From Lama guanicoe (taxonomy: Eukaryota), in assembly GCA_013239625.1 (NCBI GenBank), contig MU053431.1, forward strand, positions 806,001 through 870,000: a stretch of 64,000 nt of DNA, in the 5' to 3' direction. The position numbers and the translations under genes are program-made. The notes beneath the pieces were generated by a model. The model saw only the letters and a program-made list of their open reading frames with translations, was not told the origin of the DNA and did no database searches. Positions 37,291 through 50,274 of this stretch are shown in pieces (position 1 is the first letter of the stretch; each line of letters starts with the position of its first letter).

Positions 37291-39626
37291 AGGCCTGGGG
37301 AGGGGCCTCAGGACAGCACGTGAGCCCAGTTGATTCCGTATCCAGGCGGCCGGCCGGTCTGTCCTCGCTCCACCACACAGCCCCGGACAGGGCCGCCCAC
37401 CAGCTTCTCTTGTTTCCCTACTGACTGGCACACGTACCTAATAAGCCACGGGTCACATCATCTCATGCTTTGTTTGCCTGCCTGCCTCCCTCTCCAGCCT
37501 GTGGGTCCTCCCAGGTCAGGGACCCTGCCTTCCTGTGTCTCATCTCCAGGACCCCGAGTGGCTCCTGGCCTCACTGCAGGATCCTGCAGCGTCCCGACTT
37601 GCTGACTCCGCTTATTAGAAGCTGACACTCGTGAGGCCAGCCCCCCAGCTTCATCCCCAGCGTGGCCCCAGGACCCCGGCTTTAACTTAAGGGCCGTTTC
37701 CCACCCTGTTCCCAACCTGGCAGACGCTCGGCAGACACACCGTGTTAGCACCTCCTCGGCCGCACGGGGGTGGGGGGGCCGACCTCTTTTTGGCAACGCG
37801 CATGTGATCAGGTTCAAAAAGCCCTCTGTTTTAGATGGTTCTACATGTTCTTACTTGGGTTTCGCTTAAAAAATATAAATATACGTCAACACATTTTTCC
37901 TACTTCATACTTTACCGAAGGGGGAAAATGTAACAGGATATCGACCTCCCACGATTCTTCCTGTGGAGGCGAAATATGAACACCGATGACAAATCTCAGG
38001 AGGAGCGGTTAGTGGCAGCTGTCCGTGTTACTTAAAGTGAACGAGACCCTCCCGTCTCCCCTCTAATGAACACCAAGAGACACTGAAGCTTGTTCCAATC
38101 CATCTTACACCCGGACCTGCACCGTTCAGCCAAGTCAGGAGCCACAGTGCTTAGAAAGCGGAGCAAGCCCAGCGTGAGTGCCGTGAGGAGCCGCTCACCT
38201 CCTGTCGTGCCGCAGTGGCTGGGCTGTGTCTCCTCGGTTTGGAGCAAGACGGTCTCTCCAACCCCAGCTGGTTTGGCCGACTGGAGTATGAACCGTAGAT
38301 GTCTTGGGCTGGGTGAACGTGGGCCTTCAAACCCTGCACAGAACCTTCAAGTCTTGCCCTCCAGAATGGATAACGGTTTTACAGTTAGCCCTTTACATGA
38401 GTGGGGGGAGCTCCAGAAACCCACGTCTGAGAGAAGTGTCTTCTGTGTACAGGTGCGCCTGTCACAGGGGACTTCCACTGGGCTGTTTTCTCACCACGAT
38501 GGTAAAAAGTCCTACGTTTGGAATGGAGGAAGCAGGGGACAGTAGGAAATCGGTTGCCCCCTCGACCGAGGAATTATGGCCAGCAATTCTCTTCAGCAAA
38601 AAAGTGGGAAGACTGGATTCTGCCCAGACTTTCTCCAACCTTAAAACCAAACTTCCCAGAACACCACGTGCATTCTCTCTCACGTTCTTTTACTTCCTGC
38701 ATGTAAATATTCTGGGGTCATTCGGCCCTGGGTGGTGTCTTCTTTTGATGATCTGGCCCAGCCTCTCCAAGTGGCGTGCAGGTTGCAGCCCCCAGCGGGA
38801 CGGACAGGTGAGCAGAAGTGCAAATACAAGGCCTGTCCTTCCAGAAGTGGCTTTCTTCCCGGCTTTGAAGCAAGCAATCCGATGATGCCTAATAGCTGCC
38901 TCTCGTTTCCTACACGGAAGAGCAAACCGCTTGGAGTTTTTAATACAGTTAACACAGGGTTTCTAGAAACTCCTATTCTTTGCTTTCTGTTTTTGTTTTC
39001 AATCCACACGTTTGGATTAAAAAGTGCAGAGATGCCCCACCTGCTTCCACCTGCCTGGGAGGACGCAGCCCCGGTCCTTCCTTGGCCAAGGTCCAGGGCT
39101 TCTACGCGTGGTGGGGTGGGGGCGGGGCCGGCTGTGCCAGTCACTCTGTGATGTGCTCCAGCTCCTGTCCTGTTTCGTGCTGTGTTGCCCTGGCGTCCAG
39201 GGCCTCCTGCTGGGAGATCACACCTGGTCCTGGGCCGGAGTGCACGTCTACACAGACAGGGACCAGACCTCTGGGACCGGCCTGTGGTCCAGAGACAGAT
39301 CGTTGTCATCACCGACAGATGGCGGGGAGCCCACTGTCCTCGCTGAGAGAGCCCCGCACGCCCCTGACCAGCGCTGCTCTGCACCAGGTAGACCGGGTGC
39401 TCGAAGGAGAGAGCAGAACGGGGCCCGGGTCCGCCCCTCCCGTCCCCGCTGTAGGTGGGATGTGCCACGTCTGCGCTGGGAGTTGCCCCCTTGTGAACTG
39501 AATCCTGGGGGAAAACAGCCACTTGAAGTGTGAGCCAGTGAATTTACAAGGTCGCCGAGGAGAAACGCCCCAAGCAGCCTGGAGGGCGCTCAGAGTGGTT
39601 TCTGCCGCCTTCCGCCGCCTCAGGTC

Positions 39627-39669
39627 GGGGGGCTGGGGGCTGGGGGCTGGGCTGGGGGCTGGGGCGGGC
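39627..39669. repeat. (GGGGGCT)n G-rich repeat
   Basis: ggggggctgggggctgggggctgggctgggggctggggcggg. Confidence 0.9.
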
Positions 39670-41139
39670 TCCGTGCAGGCACACCTTGGTGCGGGTGCTT
39701 GTGGGGTGAGCTTGTGGGGTTTCCCCAGAGCTCCTTTTGGTTTTAGGAGCTCAGAAGGGAGCCCCGTTGTTCTGAAGAATAGCAGTTGCATTTGTAAACA
39801 GCTCAGGGGCAAAAGTCAGGCCCATTCATCTGGAAAATAATACCCCTTGGAAGGAAGCCGGAGCTGAAGAAGGAGGCCCGGCTGCGAGGGGGCCGGACCA
39901 CGCCCGGGTTGGAGCTGGCCCAGCGCTCCCCCCGTGCCCGGAGCGCAGAGCCTTTACGAAGCTCTGCGTCAGACCCACCCCAGCGCTGCGAGCCTGAGGT
40001 GCCCCCACCCAGACCTCGACCTGCCCCGTTTGGGGACAGTCACGTGGGAAGGGGAATGGACATGTCCCCACCCGCTCGTGCAGCTGGGAGCCCACGCCAG
40101 AGCTGGACCTCTGAGCCTGAACAGCCATGGCCTCGTTCTTCCCGCACCCAAGGTCAGAGGACAGCCGGCCAGGTGTGCGATGCTGGTGCCTCTCTGCCCT
40201 CCTCTCGGGGACGGGGCCCCCCTTCACGTGGCCTCGAGGGAGACGCTCTGTTTTGAGACCTTGTGGTCCCGTAAGAGAGAGTGGAATTGGGAACCCGAGC
40301 TTTGCTTGGAATTGTTGCTCCGTGCACATGCTGTGTGTTGCTTTTCTTTATTTTCCAGAGATAATGTGGAAAGGAAGCATTGCACAAATCGGGGAGAGGG
40401 TCATGAGAGACACAGAACATGTCCCAGGCTGAACAAACCTGAAGTGGAGACCAGGCGTGAGCCACACTCCTGAGTGTGGACACTCCAGACACACGGGCGG
40501 GAGGAGTCCTGAGCTCTGTGAGCCTACCCCCTCACCCCCACCCCGTGTCACCGTAAGGAAGCACTCTGCCGCGGAGGGCGCGATGATTTGTACCAGGTTC
40601 CAGCCCAGCCAGGGCTCCTGTCCCAGAATGAGGATGCGGGACCCCACGGGGAAGACAGGCACCGTGGGGGCCGTGGGATGCTTTGTGCTGACCACCACCC
40701 ACGCCGGTGTGAAAATCGGGGAATTCTGAATGTGGCCGCAGGGCCTGGGTGTCGTCTGAATGGGACTCTCAGGCAGGGAAAACAAACGCTTGAGTGAAAA
40801 CTGTATTGTTCTACAAATCCTCTTTCTACCCACGATCTTAAATTTTAAAAAATTATTACGTATGAAACTATTCCATGAGCAGCTTCTCAGCATCATCATT
40901 TTGCCCGTTCTCTCTCTCCCCCACTCCACAAGTAATACGGGAAATTCAGCCCGTGCAGCGGGTACCACGCAAACCCTAAGGGTCCGCATTCACCCCCTCC
41001 TCCCAGGCCCTCGGCAGAGAGGGCACTGGCGGCGCCTCAGTGCGTTGTGTGGTTGTGCGAACCTACGTGCAGCCCCCTGTAGCACAGATGGGCTTTCTCA
41101 CACATGTATTTCTTTCTGTTTCATTTATGTTGCAGTACA

Positions 41140-41680
41140 TGCCTTGTCGGAATGTACAGTTCTCCCTGATTTAAAAAAAAACGCAGAGTGTCCCAGGGGT
41201 CGGGCATCCCACTAATTCGTTTAACGATTGTGACATTTAGATAGTTGCTGTGTCACCGCCGTTAGAACCAGTCCCTCTGCATTGTGGTAAGCACACCTGA
41301 ACGTGAGAAACACCGACAAGTTTCCTTTAAAGACGCCCCTCCGTTTACAAGCCCCCCAGAGGGCGTGCGTGCACTCTTTCTGGACAGCTCCTCCAGCACT
41401 TGGTCTGTCCAGCCCCGTGAATTTCTGACTGTCTGGTAATTAAAGCATTGCATTTTGCTTCTGTTTCTGTCTCCCTGATCCCTAGTAGGGCTGAACATTG
41501 CGTGTTTTATATTGACCATTCACAGTTCTGCTTGAACACATCCCAGGTGTGGGCTTTTTCTCGTTGATTTGCAGGAGCTCTTTATATATGCTGCATGCTA
41601 ATTACTGACTTGCCACACACTGTGTTCACTTTCTGGCAGTCCGTCACCTGCCTTTTTTCTGCTCTTCTGAGTTCTTCTGA
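41140..41680 (-). mobile_element. Old L1 (L1ME-like) fragment
   Basis: tccctgatccctagtagggctgaaca...ttgatttgcaggagctctttatatatgctg. Confidence 0.65.
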
Positions 41681-42855
41681 ACAGTGTGGCTCGTAACCTG
41701 ACGCCCTGTGTGTGACGTGCTGAAGGTGAGAAACGGGGACAGTTTTCTTTCTCACCTGGCACAGGAGGTCAGAGAACTCAGGAACCTTGAAACCTCAAAG
41801 TCCAGCACACTGAGGTCAGTTCAGTCTGCCTGTACCCCGCCTGACCGACAGGGCCTTTGCTGGCACCAGGCCCCCGGGGGGGACCCGAGAACGCTCTCTC
41901 CTGTCCTCCCCACCCCTGCTGCAGGGACCGAGCACAGCTTCTCCTCAGCTCCGACCTTGAGGAAATGAAGAACGAGGTTCTTAGCTCCCCTGGTTTCTGG
42001 CCTTTAACAGGGCCCCTCACCTGCCTGGCCCCCTACTTTTCTTGCCCCGCTGCACCCCCCTTCTGAGTTTGCCCTGATACCTCCCAGTTTCCTGCAGGAT
42101 TTCAAGGATGAATTTGCCTCTTCCTCCACTGGAGGCCAAGCTTGGGGGTGGACCTCAAGGTTGAGGAGGTGGAGCCCAGGGTGCAAAGGCACCGGGGCCC
42201 CAGACCCTGCGGCCACCACGCCTTCTGAGGCAGCCTGTCTGCCAACTGACAGCCGCCTCCTCCATTAAAATTAATGTCAGACCCCAGCAACGTGCCGGGT
42301 CGCGGTGATTCTATAACGCCTGCAACTCTGGCCTGTAAATTCATTTCACCACTGTCACCTGACTGGCCCCCTGGTAAACCGCCTTCACGTCCCGGGGTCC
42401 CAGGGACGTGGTCTTCACAGAAAGTCAGACTTCTTCCACAGCCGTGAGCAGACACCGTTCAGATTAACCACTCCTCCTGCAGCCTGGCTGTTAATTCCAC
42501 TTGATTCTGCCTTCCACGTCTTACTCTTTTTTCTTTGTTTTCACCTGTAAAAGTTGATGAAAGTGCAATATTTATGATCCGTCCCAGGTCACCTTCCAGA
42601 GGACGGGCAGCCCTGCAGGTCGGAGCCTGGAATGTACCCCTTTAGAAACATCTGAAAGTGAACACAGCTTTGAGCTCTGCTGCATTAATGACATTTACCT
42701 TCGGGCACAGAAGGGGTGGTGCCTCCGCAGCGCGACAGGCCTGCCTTGTGCTCGGAGGGCCTGCCCCGCTCTCAGTGTTGGAAGACCTGGTTGCCTGTTT
42801 CCAGGTGTGGGAGGGGTGAGTCACTGCACGGCGGTGACTCTGAAGATTCCAGAGC

Positions 42856-43015
42856 ACAAGTTTTCAAGCAGGGGTGATTTTGTCCCAAGGGACACCCTGG
42901 GGACAGTTTTGGCTGTCAGGGTGAGGGCCAGAGATGCTGCCCAGCGGCCCCCAGGGCCCAGGACGCCCCCACGCCAGCCGGGACCCCAGTGCCAACAGCC
43001 CCGAGGTGGACGCTG
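42856..43015 (+). mobile_element. MER20, internally deleted and GC-shifted
   Basis: ttttcaagcaggggtgattttgtcccaagggaca...ttttggctgtca...ggccagagatgctgc. Confidence 0.75.
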
Positions 43016-44364
43016 CCGCCCTGCAGACCTGAGACGCTCGTGTGGTCCATGTGGGTGGCAGGAGTGCAGGCTTTGCCCGCAGGCGCCCTGCTGGCCCCAG
43101 GCCCCCAGCCTCACCTCTCCTCACCTTCCTGAGGCCCAGGCCTCACCTCTCGTTAGGATCGTAGCCTCTCGGACCCCTGGCTCCCTGAGATAACCCCCCA
43201 CCCCAGGGGGTCCTGATGGAGACGCATCAACAGGACAGTCCGTGTTTAGACTTTGGCAAAACACCTGCCTGTGGCAGGCATACAGGGGGTACTTTCTGCC
43301 ATGTTGCTGCTGCTGTAGCTCGTCGTCCCAGATTCGATGACCACGCTCCTCGTCAAGCTTCAGTCTCAGTGAAGCCGGCCAGGGGTGCCCTGGACGGAGG
43401 CGGAGGCAGGCTTCTTGGAGGGGACAGTGGCGCCCAGGCCCCCCAGTGGTGCTCAGGCGGCTCCCACACCCAAGGACGCCCTGTTAAGTGGGCGTCATGG
43501 CCACGCAGGGAGTCGAGCTAACATTTAACAGGCCGTTTACTCGTGAGGAAAAGCAAAGCCGACTTAATTCTTGCTGGCTTGGAGGTTTTCGCTTTACACT
43601 CAGCACATCCGTTGCAGCCTCTGCGGGAATAAAATTCCTCAAATGTGGCTGTTTCCACTGAGTAGGGAGGAGAGGGCCCTAGTTTCGTTCCTTTAGCAGA
43701 GACCCCCGAATCCTTTCATGCCCAGGCAATGAACGCTGAGCGAACCTCCCCTGGAGAATTGCAGACCCAAGACGAGCAAGAAAGCAGAAGCTGGGGAAGG
43801 CTGGAGCAGGGGGCCCGACGCCCACTCCGCCTTTGCCACGTTAAAAAAAGTGTGTGTTTACATGGAAATGAGGCACCGCCAGTCAGCCAGAGGGTTTCCC
43901 GTGTCCTTGGGGCTCAGAAGGGACATCGGCAGGCCCACGGGCTGGGTGGGGTGTGGTGGGGAGGCAGGTCAGCCCGCCTCCTGTGGAGACTTTTGGATCT
44001 AAGACAGACACCAAAGTTAAAGCAAAAGGCCAACCCGCACCCAAAACGGAAGCCACGGGGTCCGTCCGAGCTCTTGTGGGAGCCTAGAGACGGCTCCGTT
44101 GCACACACGTGCAGCCGTCTGGTCCTCTGGTTAAAGGGAAGAAGCAGGGTGCTAAGGACACTCACTCTGAAAGACAGCAGCTGACGTCAGGACGCGGCCA
44201 GTCACGTGGACGTGCGCACCTTGTGTGTGTGAGCGCGTGCGCCGTCCGTGCACCCGCTGCTGCGCTTGTCTGCGTGAACATCGTGCACACGTTTGTCTGT
44301 CTTCTTTCTGCATCCCTTCGTCAACCTCGCTGTCACTTATCCGTGTATCTCTGTACCTATCCGT

Positions 44365-44396
44365 ACACACACACACACACACACGCAGACACACAG
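44365..44396. repeat. (CA)n microsatellite
   Basis: CA run. Confidence 0.92.
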
Positions 44397-45163
44397 CAAC
44401 ACAAGAACTGAAAAGCTTTGGAAATTTGGAAAATCTCCCTCCTTCACAGCCCGTAAGACGGGAACTGGAGGCTGCCGGGCTATCCTGGAAATGACCAGAC
44501 TGTCAGGAGAGCATTCTGGGGTTTCAGAAGGTGAAGAGACACTCAAGCTCTTGGGGAAAGTTTGTTTCCTGAAAGGTCACTTTTTTCCTTTTTCTTACTA
44601 TTCTTCACTTCAGGAATTTGTCTTTCTCGGGGTGTTCCGTTGAGGTGGAATGATAAGATACTGCAGTGACATTTCTGGGGCATTTATTGTGTGCCCGATG
44701 GGGAGCGCGGACACGCCGTCTCTCGTGGGGGACGTCGCTGTTCCCACTGGACAGACGAGTCCGTCTGTGTGGAGGGCGGAGCCCCTTGCCCCAGGTCCTG
44801 CCGCTGGAAGGTGACAGGGCTGGTCTCTGACCCATTCTGTTCTCTCTTGGTGCCCACACTCCCCCCGGCACCGAGCTGAGAGCCACCGTTTCCCGGGAGA
44901 TCCTGGCAAATGAGGTCTTCTGCGTGAACCCCACCCCGTCTCAGCCAGGAGCCCGAGAGTCTTTGTGCCCGACTGTTGATGAGTTAAGCCAAGCGAGAAA
45001 CGCCACGGCTGGTACTTGCACGGCTCCCCCCTCACCATTAATTGTCTGACTACATTTTCTGCAAGAGGCAACAAAGAGTGAAAACTATGCAGTTGCTTTT
45101 CTGTTTAGCTGGTTGTAAATATTCAGCCGGAATTTGATTGGCAGGGCAATATTATGTTCCCCA

Positions 45164-45303
45164 NNNNNNNNNNNNNNNNNNNNNNNNNNNNNNNNNNNNN
45201 NNNNNNNNNNNNNNNNNNNNNNNNNNNNNNNNNNNNNNNNNNNNNNNNNNNNNNNNNNNNNNNNNNNNNNNNNNNNNNNNNNNNNNNNNNNNNNNNNNNN
45301 NNN
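45164..45303. other. Assembly gap (140 N)
   Basis: Run of N. Confidence 1.
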
Positions 45304-46075
45304 AAAAAATTTAAGCCGAAGCAACTGGAAACCGGCCAGTTTGGAACACTTACGTAAAGTCAGGAGACTGGATCTAGGCTGGGATTAACTGGACGGAGTT
45401 TAGAAATGTAAAATGAAGTTCAAAGGGCTTATTCCTGGTTTAGCCTCCTCGCCTTGGCGGCTGCTTGGGAGGAGGAGCTGGCTCTTACAGGACCCTGTGT
45501 GGTAAGAAAGGAAGGTAACAAGCAGGTTTGGGCTCCTCGCCGTGTCAGTGCCCACACGGGCGGCCTCTCCCCCGGGGTCTGGCTCAGCACAGGCCCTCAC
45601 CTCCCCGCGCAGCCGCCCGGATCGCGCACCTCCAGGCCTGAGGACGGCCAGCCGGCTCTGCCATCTGGAAGGCTCTGTGCCGGGACCATCCTGCCCTGCG
45701 TCGAGTAGAAACTGCCCCTTCTCCTCCTCCGTCACGTCTGCGCTTGTCCCTGCCTCTCCCTGGACATCGGTGTCTCTCGTGGCGTTCTCTGCCGGGCGGA
45801 CTGGGACGGGAGAGATGGGCACGGCTGACCAGCAGCTGGTGCCGCACCCGTCCGGGCTTCCGGGAACCCTCGCGGCCCCTCCGGCCCCCAGAGCATCCCT
45901 CCCTCTGCCCCCCCGGGTCTCCGGTGGGAGGAGTTGTTATCCACTCTCTGATTACCTGTTCATTGTGGTCCTGATGCCCACTTCTGCGGGGGCAGACGGC
46001 CCCCTCGGGGAACCCGAGTACGTGGGCAGCCCAGGACCCTTTGCAGGGAGGCTGGCAGATGGTCGCAGCAGCCCT

Positions 46076-46220
46076 GAATGTGGGCCCTGCATGGCCAGAT
46101 CTTCATGTTTCTCAGAAGAAGCCAGAAATCTGGAATTCAGTGTGAAATCTCCCATTTTCAAATATTGGCAGCTGATTCAAATGTTTTTAAAACAGTGTGC
46201 AAGCCGCACAAAGCGGCCCC
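46076..46220 (-). mobile_element. MER102-like hAT-Charlie fragment
   Basis: agaagccagaaatctgga...tgtgaaatctcc.attttcaaatattggca.ctgattcaaa...aaaacagtgtgc. Confidence 0.7.
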
Positions 46221-46520
46221 CCTGAGCAAGAACCGCGAGGCAGTCAGCCCTCCCCATCTTGATCAGATGGCCCCTGAGGGCAGCAGCCACAGTTCCCCGT
46301 TGTTCTTTTTCCTTGGTATCCCCTCCAGCACCTCTGTGACTGAGCTCTTGGTGGTTCTTAATAAATAATCTTTTGGGAAAAAAATAGTTTTTTGTTATGT
46401 TCAACATTTAGAGCAATTTAACCTGATGCTTTGTGTTTACAAATGTTAGTGCTCTAACCGTTAGTTCCAGTAAGACACGTTAATTGCCTTCACTGTCCTC
46501 CTGAATGTGTACATTTTGGG

Positions 46521-47024
46521 ATTTTGTTTTGTTTTGTTTTTAACTGAAGTATAGCCAGTTTATCATGTCGTGTTAGTTTCTGGTGCACAGCATAGCGATT
46601 CAGTTAAACACACACACATATATATTCGTTTTTATATTCTTCTTCGTTACAAGCTATTACAAGATATTGAACATGGTTCCCTGTGCTCTACAGTAGGGCC
46701 TTGCTGTTGACCTGCTTTGTGCATATAATGTGTGTATCTGCAAATCAAATTCCCAGTCTGTCCCTGCCCCACCCCCATCCCTCACTGGTAACAGTAATTT
46801 TGTTTTCTATGTCAGTACTTTCTGTTTTGTAAATAGGTTCATATGTGTCTTTTTTTAGATTCCACGTATAAGGGATACGATGCAGTATTTGTCTTTTTCT
46901 GTTTGACTGACCTCACTTAGTATGATCTCCAGGGCCATCCATGGTGCTGCAGATGGCACGATGGCATTCTTTTTTATGGCTGAGTAGTATTCCACTGCAT
47001 GTGCATACATACAGCACAACTTCT
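46521..47024 (-). mobile_element. LINE-1 3' end with decayed poly(A) tail, lineage-specific (cetartiodactyl/camelid-like)
   Basis: (ttttg)n tail then aactgaagtatag...gttccctgtgct.tacagtagg...ttttttagattccac.tataag...ttttatggctgagtagtattcca (EYYSAIKKN on the - strand). Confidence 0.93.
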
Positions 47025-50000
47025 CTTGGGTAGGCACTTTCTGAGAGATTCCCATGAGCTAAGCCACTGGAGAGATTCCCGCATGAGGTCTCCAACCCCT
47101 TGCTGGACTCTGCTTGGGCTGTTATTTTGGAATGATCAGTGGTTGGGTCTGCTTCCCTCTCCTGCAGCCCACGCAGCTGTGAGCTCAGAGGGGTCTTTAT
47201 TCTGCTGCCTCGTGTTCCTGGAAGCACCAAGCCCCGGGCCCAGCACCCGGGACATCAACCACGCCTTATTCCCACAGCCCAGGGGCGTTTCCCATGGCCG
47301 GGAAGCTCGGTGGGGTGGGGGGTGGGCAGGCCTGGCTGTTCTTCCGCCAGATCCCCATGCCTACTAAAGGGCCCTGGGCGGAGGAGACCATCCCTAAGTG
47401 TCTGCTGGATAAGGGGAGAATGGCATGAGGGGTTTCTGCTCGGCTCCCTTCCAACCTCCCTGCTGTGTAAACGAGGGTATCTAAACTCACCAGCACCGAC
47501 TGTTCATTGGCGACACCTAAGCCCTAGCCCCTAGTGCACAGAGGGCCTGTGTCGCTTCAGGGACAGCTCGGGTGCATGGCCCTTCCCCAGTTCTGCTGCA
47601 AACCTCGTGCGGTCGTGGTGTGGGGAGCGCGCTCACTCTGTTTAAGGGCTGGGTGTGGAGGCTGAGGCACCCTGAGCCTGGCGTCAGGCCGAAGACAGCA
47701 ATTTCTACCAAAGGGAACAATCCCATTCGTGCAGGAGCCGAGGGAGAGGAAACCGCGTAAAACCACGTAAAACTGCGTGCCTCACAGGGAGCCCTCCTGC
47801 CAAGCGCGCCTGTGAACTTCAGCCCAGGGCTGGGTGGGGAGACAGGGCTGGCTCCGTGGTGCGCCGGCCTCCGGGCGCGGGACGCCTTCCCCAGAGCACG
47901 GCGGGGAGGAAGCTCTAATCGGACGGCCCGCCACGCTGACACCCCAGCCTGTGAGGTCGGGCGGGGAAGCCGGGATGTGGAGAGAGGGGCCGAGGGGCCC
48001 AGAAGTCAGCCAGCAAGCAAACATCCCGTGTTTCCCGCCCTGGCAGCCTGAGCTCGTTCGTTCCAAGGCGCGTTTTTGGGTCAGTGGCTTCTCATATTGG
48101 CTTTTCTTTTCATAAAGAAGCAATGAACTCCCACGTCACCGCCACGGGAAAGGCCCTCTTAAACCCGGGGAGTGTCCTGTGCTCACTTCTGCGGGCGGTG
48201 AAGGCGTGCTTGCTACACGGGTTGCTCTTCCGCCGCCCTGCACGTCCCCCTGAAATTGTGCGTGCGCGTCCCCGTGTGCCCAGGTCTGTGCATGTGTGCA
48301 TGTGGGCACTCATGTGCATGTGTCTCTGTGCGTGTCCAAGTGCACGTGTCCGTGTGTGAGTGTGTGCTCCCCACCTCCCCTTTCCTGGGAAAACCTGCAG
48401 TAAAGTGCACACGGGCCCAAGTGCTTTAAAACTCCTAAATTCCCAGGCAGGGCGGTCTGTGTGAGGAGGCTGGTGGTGCCAGCGGCTCCCGGGCTGGGCT
48501 GAGGGCTTGTTGTGCCCCACGAAGCAAAAATGGAGCCCGCGGCTTGCACCCCCGGCGCTGGCGGACCTCGGCGCCTCTCTCTGGGGCGAGGGATTTGGAG
48601 CCACCATCTCCGTCCCTGCGTGCTTCACCTTTCGGCTCCGGAGAGAGAGGCAGCGGGAAGGAAGTGCGTTTTGCACCAGCTGCTCCCGTCAGAGTCTGTG
48701 GCGTGTCGGGATGAAAGCCGGTTGTGATGAGCGAAATCAAAAGCGGAAGGCGGCAGTTTCACCCTGCGAGGTGACATTTTAGCGGGAAAGGCCTTGGAAA
48801 GAAGTTCTTTATTGAGTAATTAGCCGTAATAAGCTCGGATGAGACAACAGATCAAACAGTCCTTTGGAAGGAAAGGGAACAGAGACGAAGACTTTCTGGA
48901 AGGAACAACAACTAACACCCAAAAGCTGAAATCTGGGACTCTTGGCAAGATCTTGGTTCTGGATGGAAGCAAACTGCCTCCCACAGTTTTCTCTTCTCAT
49001 TGAACCCAGATTATAAGCAGAGTCATTAAAATCTGAGCGAGGCCGCCTTGGAGACAGTGTCTCTGCGTACTTAGTGTCCTGGGGAAGCAGGACTGCGGAT
49101 TTGTTAGGAAGAGCAAGGAAACTGAGCCCACACGTGCTCGGCACCAGCAGCGCTGTAGGACTGGATGAGTGAGCCCCTCGCCCTCGGAGCCTTCCGAGGG
49201 ATGAGGGGCATAAGGCGGACGTGGAGAGACCCTCCCTTCAGTGGGGGGAAGCAGAAGAGATGCCGGTGGGGCTGGTGTGCGGGGCCCTGCAGAGCGGGGA
49301 TGCTGGAGGGGGCTGCGGTCGGGATTCCTGGCTTGTGTCCCAGTTATGAGTCCTCCTTCCATCCTGGACGGTCCCATGCATCTGTATTTACTGTGAGTCG
49401 GACGGAGGGCTCTGCCCAGGGCTGCAGAGAGAAGACCCTCCCCGTCCAGGGGCTTGGGCTCAGGGGCACCACAGTCAAAGCAGGGGGTGATGAACACAGC
49501 GGTGGAGGTCCAGTCGAGTGTCACGGGGGCAGAAAGAGGTCGCCTGGGGCAGGAGTCCGGGAGGAGGGGTCAGAAGGACAAAGGCCCTCCTTGGGGCTCA
49601 GTTCTGGACCAGACGCTGCAGGTTGCGAGCCATGGGCTTTCTGCATTTGACACAAAATGGGAGAAAGAAACAAACCTTTACACGGTCTGTTGAAAAGCAG
49701 CCGAAACGATCAAAGGCACGTGAACTCGACTTCGGGAGGAGTGTCTCGGTGAATAATTGCTGAACACGCCTGAACTGATCATTTCAAACCTGTCACCCAA
49801 GAACGTACCCCGGTTGTTCCCCCCTCAACAGAGTTTCCAGCAAAAGGAAGGGAATTAGCTGCAGCAAGAGAAATCTGGAACGAGGCGTGGGAGGACTTGG
49901 ATTCCAGGAACGGGCATCCTTTGAGCTCGGGTCCGATCTCAGGAGATGAGAGCCTCAGGGAACAGGGGTAAGATGGTGGCCGGCGTCATAGAGTTCAGAA

Positions 50001-50196
50001 GCAGTGATGCTGAGACTGAAACTCTGCCTGGGGGCCTGGGGGCATTTGTCAGGCTGAGGCGTAGACAGAAGAGGCCACGGGAAGTTTAAAGCTCCATCCG
50101 CATGAGCACGGGGTTCCCTGGATGCCCTGGAGACCCTTCCAGACCCTTCTGGACTCTTCTAGAGTCACAAGAGCAGACACCTCCCTTTGTTGACGT

Positions 50197-50274
50197 CGTG
50201 TGCATACATGATCCCGTGGGTGGGCTGGGGAGTGAGAGCCGTGTGCACACACGACCCCGTGGGTGGGCTGGGGG
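50197..50274. repeat. 43-bp-period tandem duplication
   Basis: cgtgtgca(t/c)aca(t/c)ga(t/c)cccgtgggtgggctgggg at 50197 and 50240. Confidence 0.9.

Noticed and set aside
47239-47259. REST/NRSE-like CAGCACCnnGGACA (another partial match at ~19241-19261)
   Set aside because: Mismatches at conserved positions of the GGACAG half-site
48258-48366. Alternating purine-pyrimidine tracts with Z-DNA potential (also ~44200-44295, ~56233-56278)
   Set aside because: Best explained as decayed (TG)n microsatellites; no evidence of function
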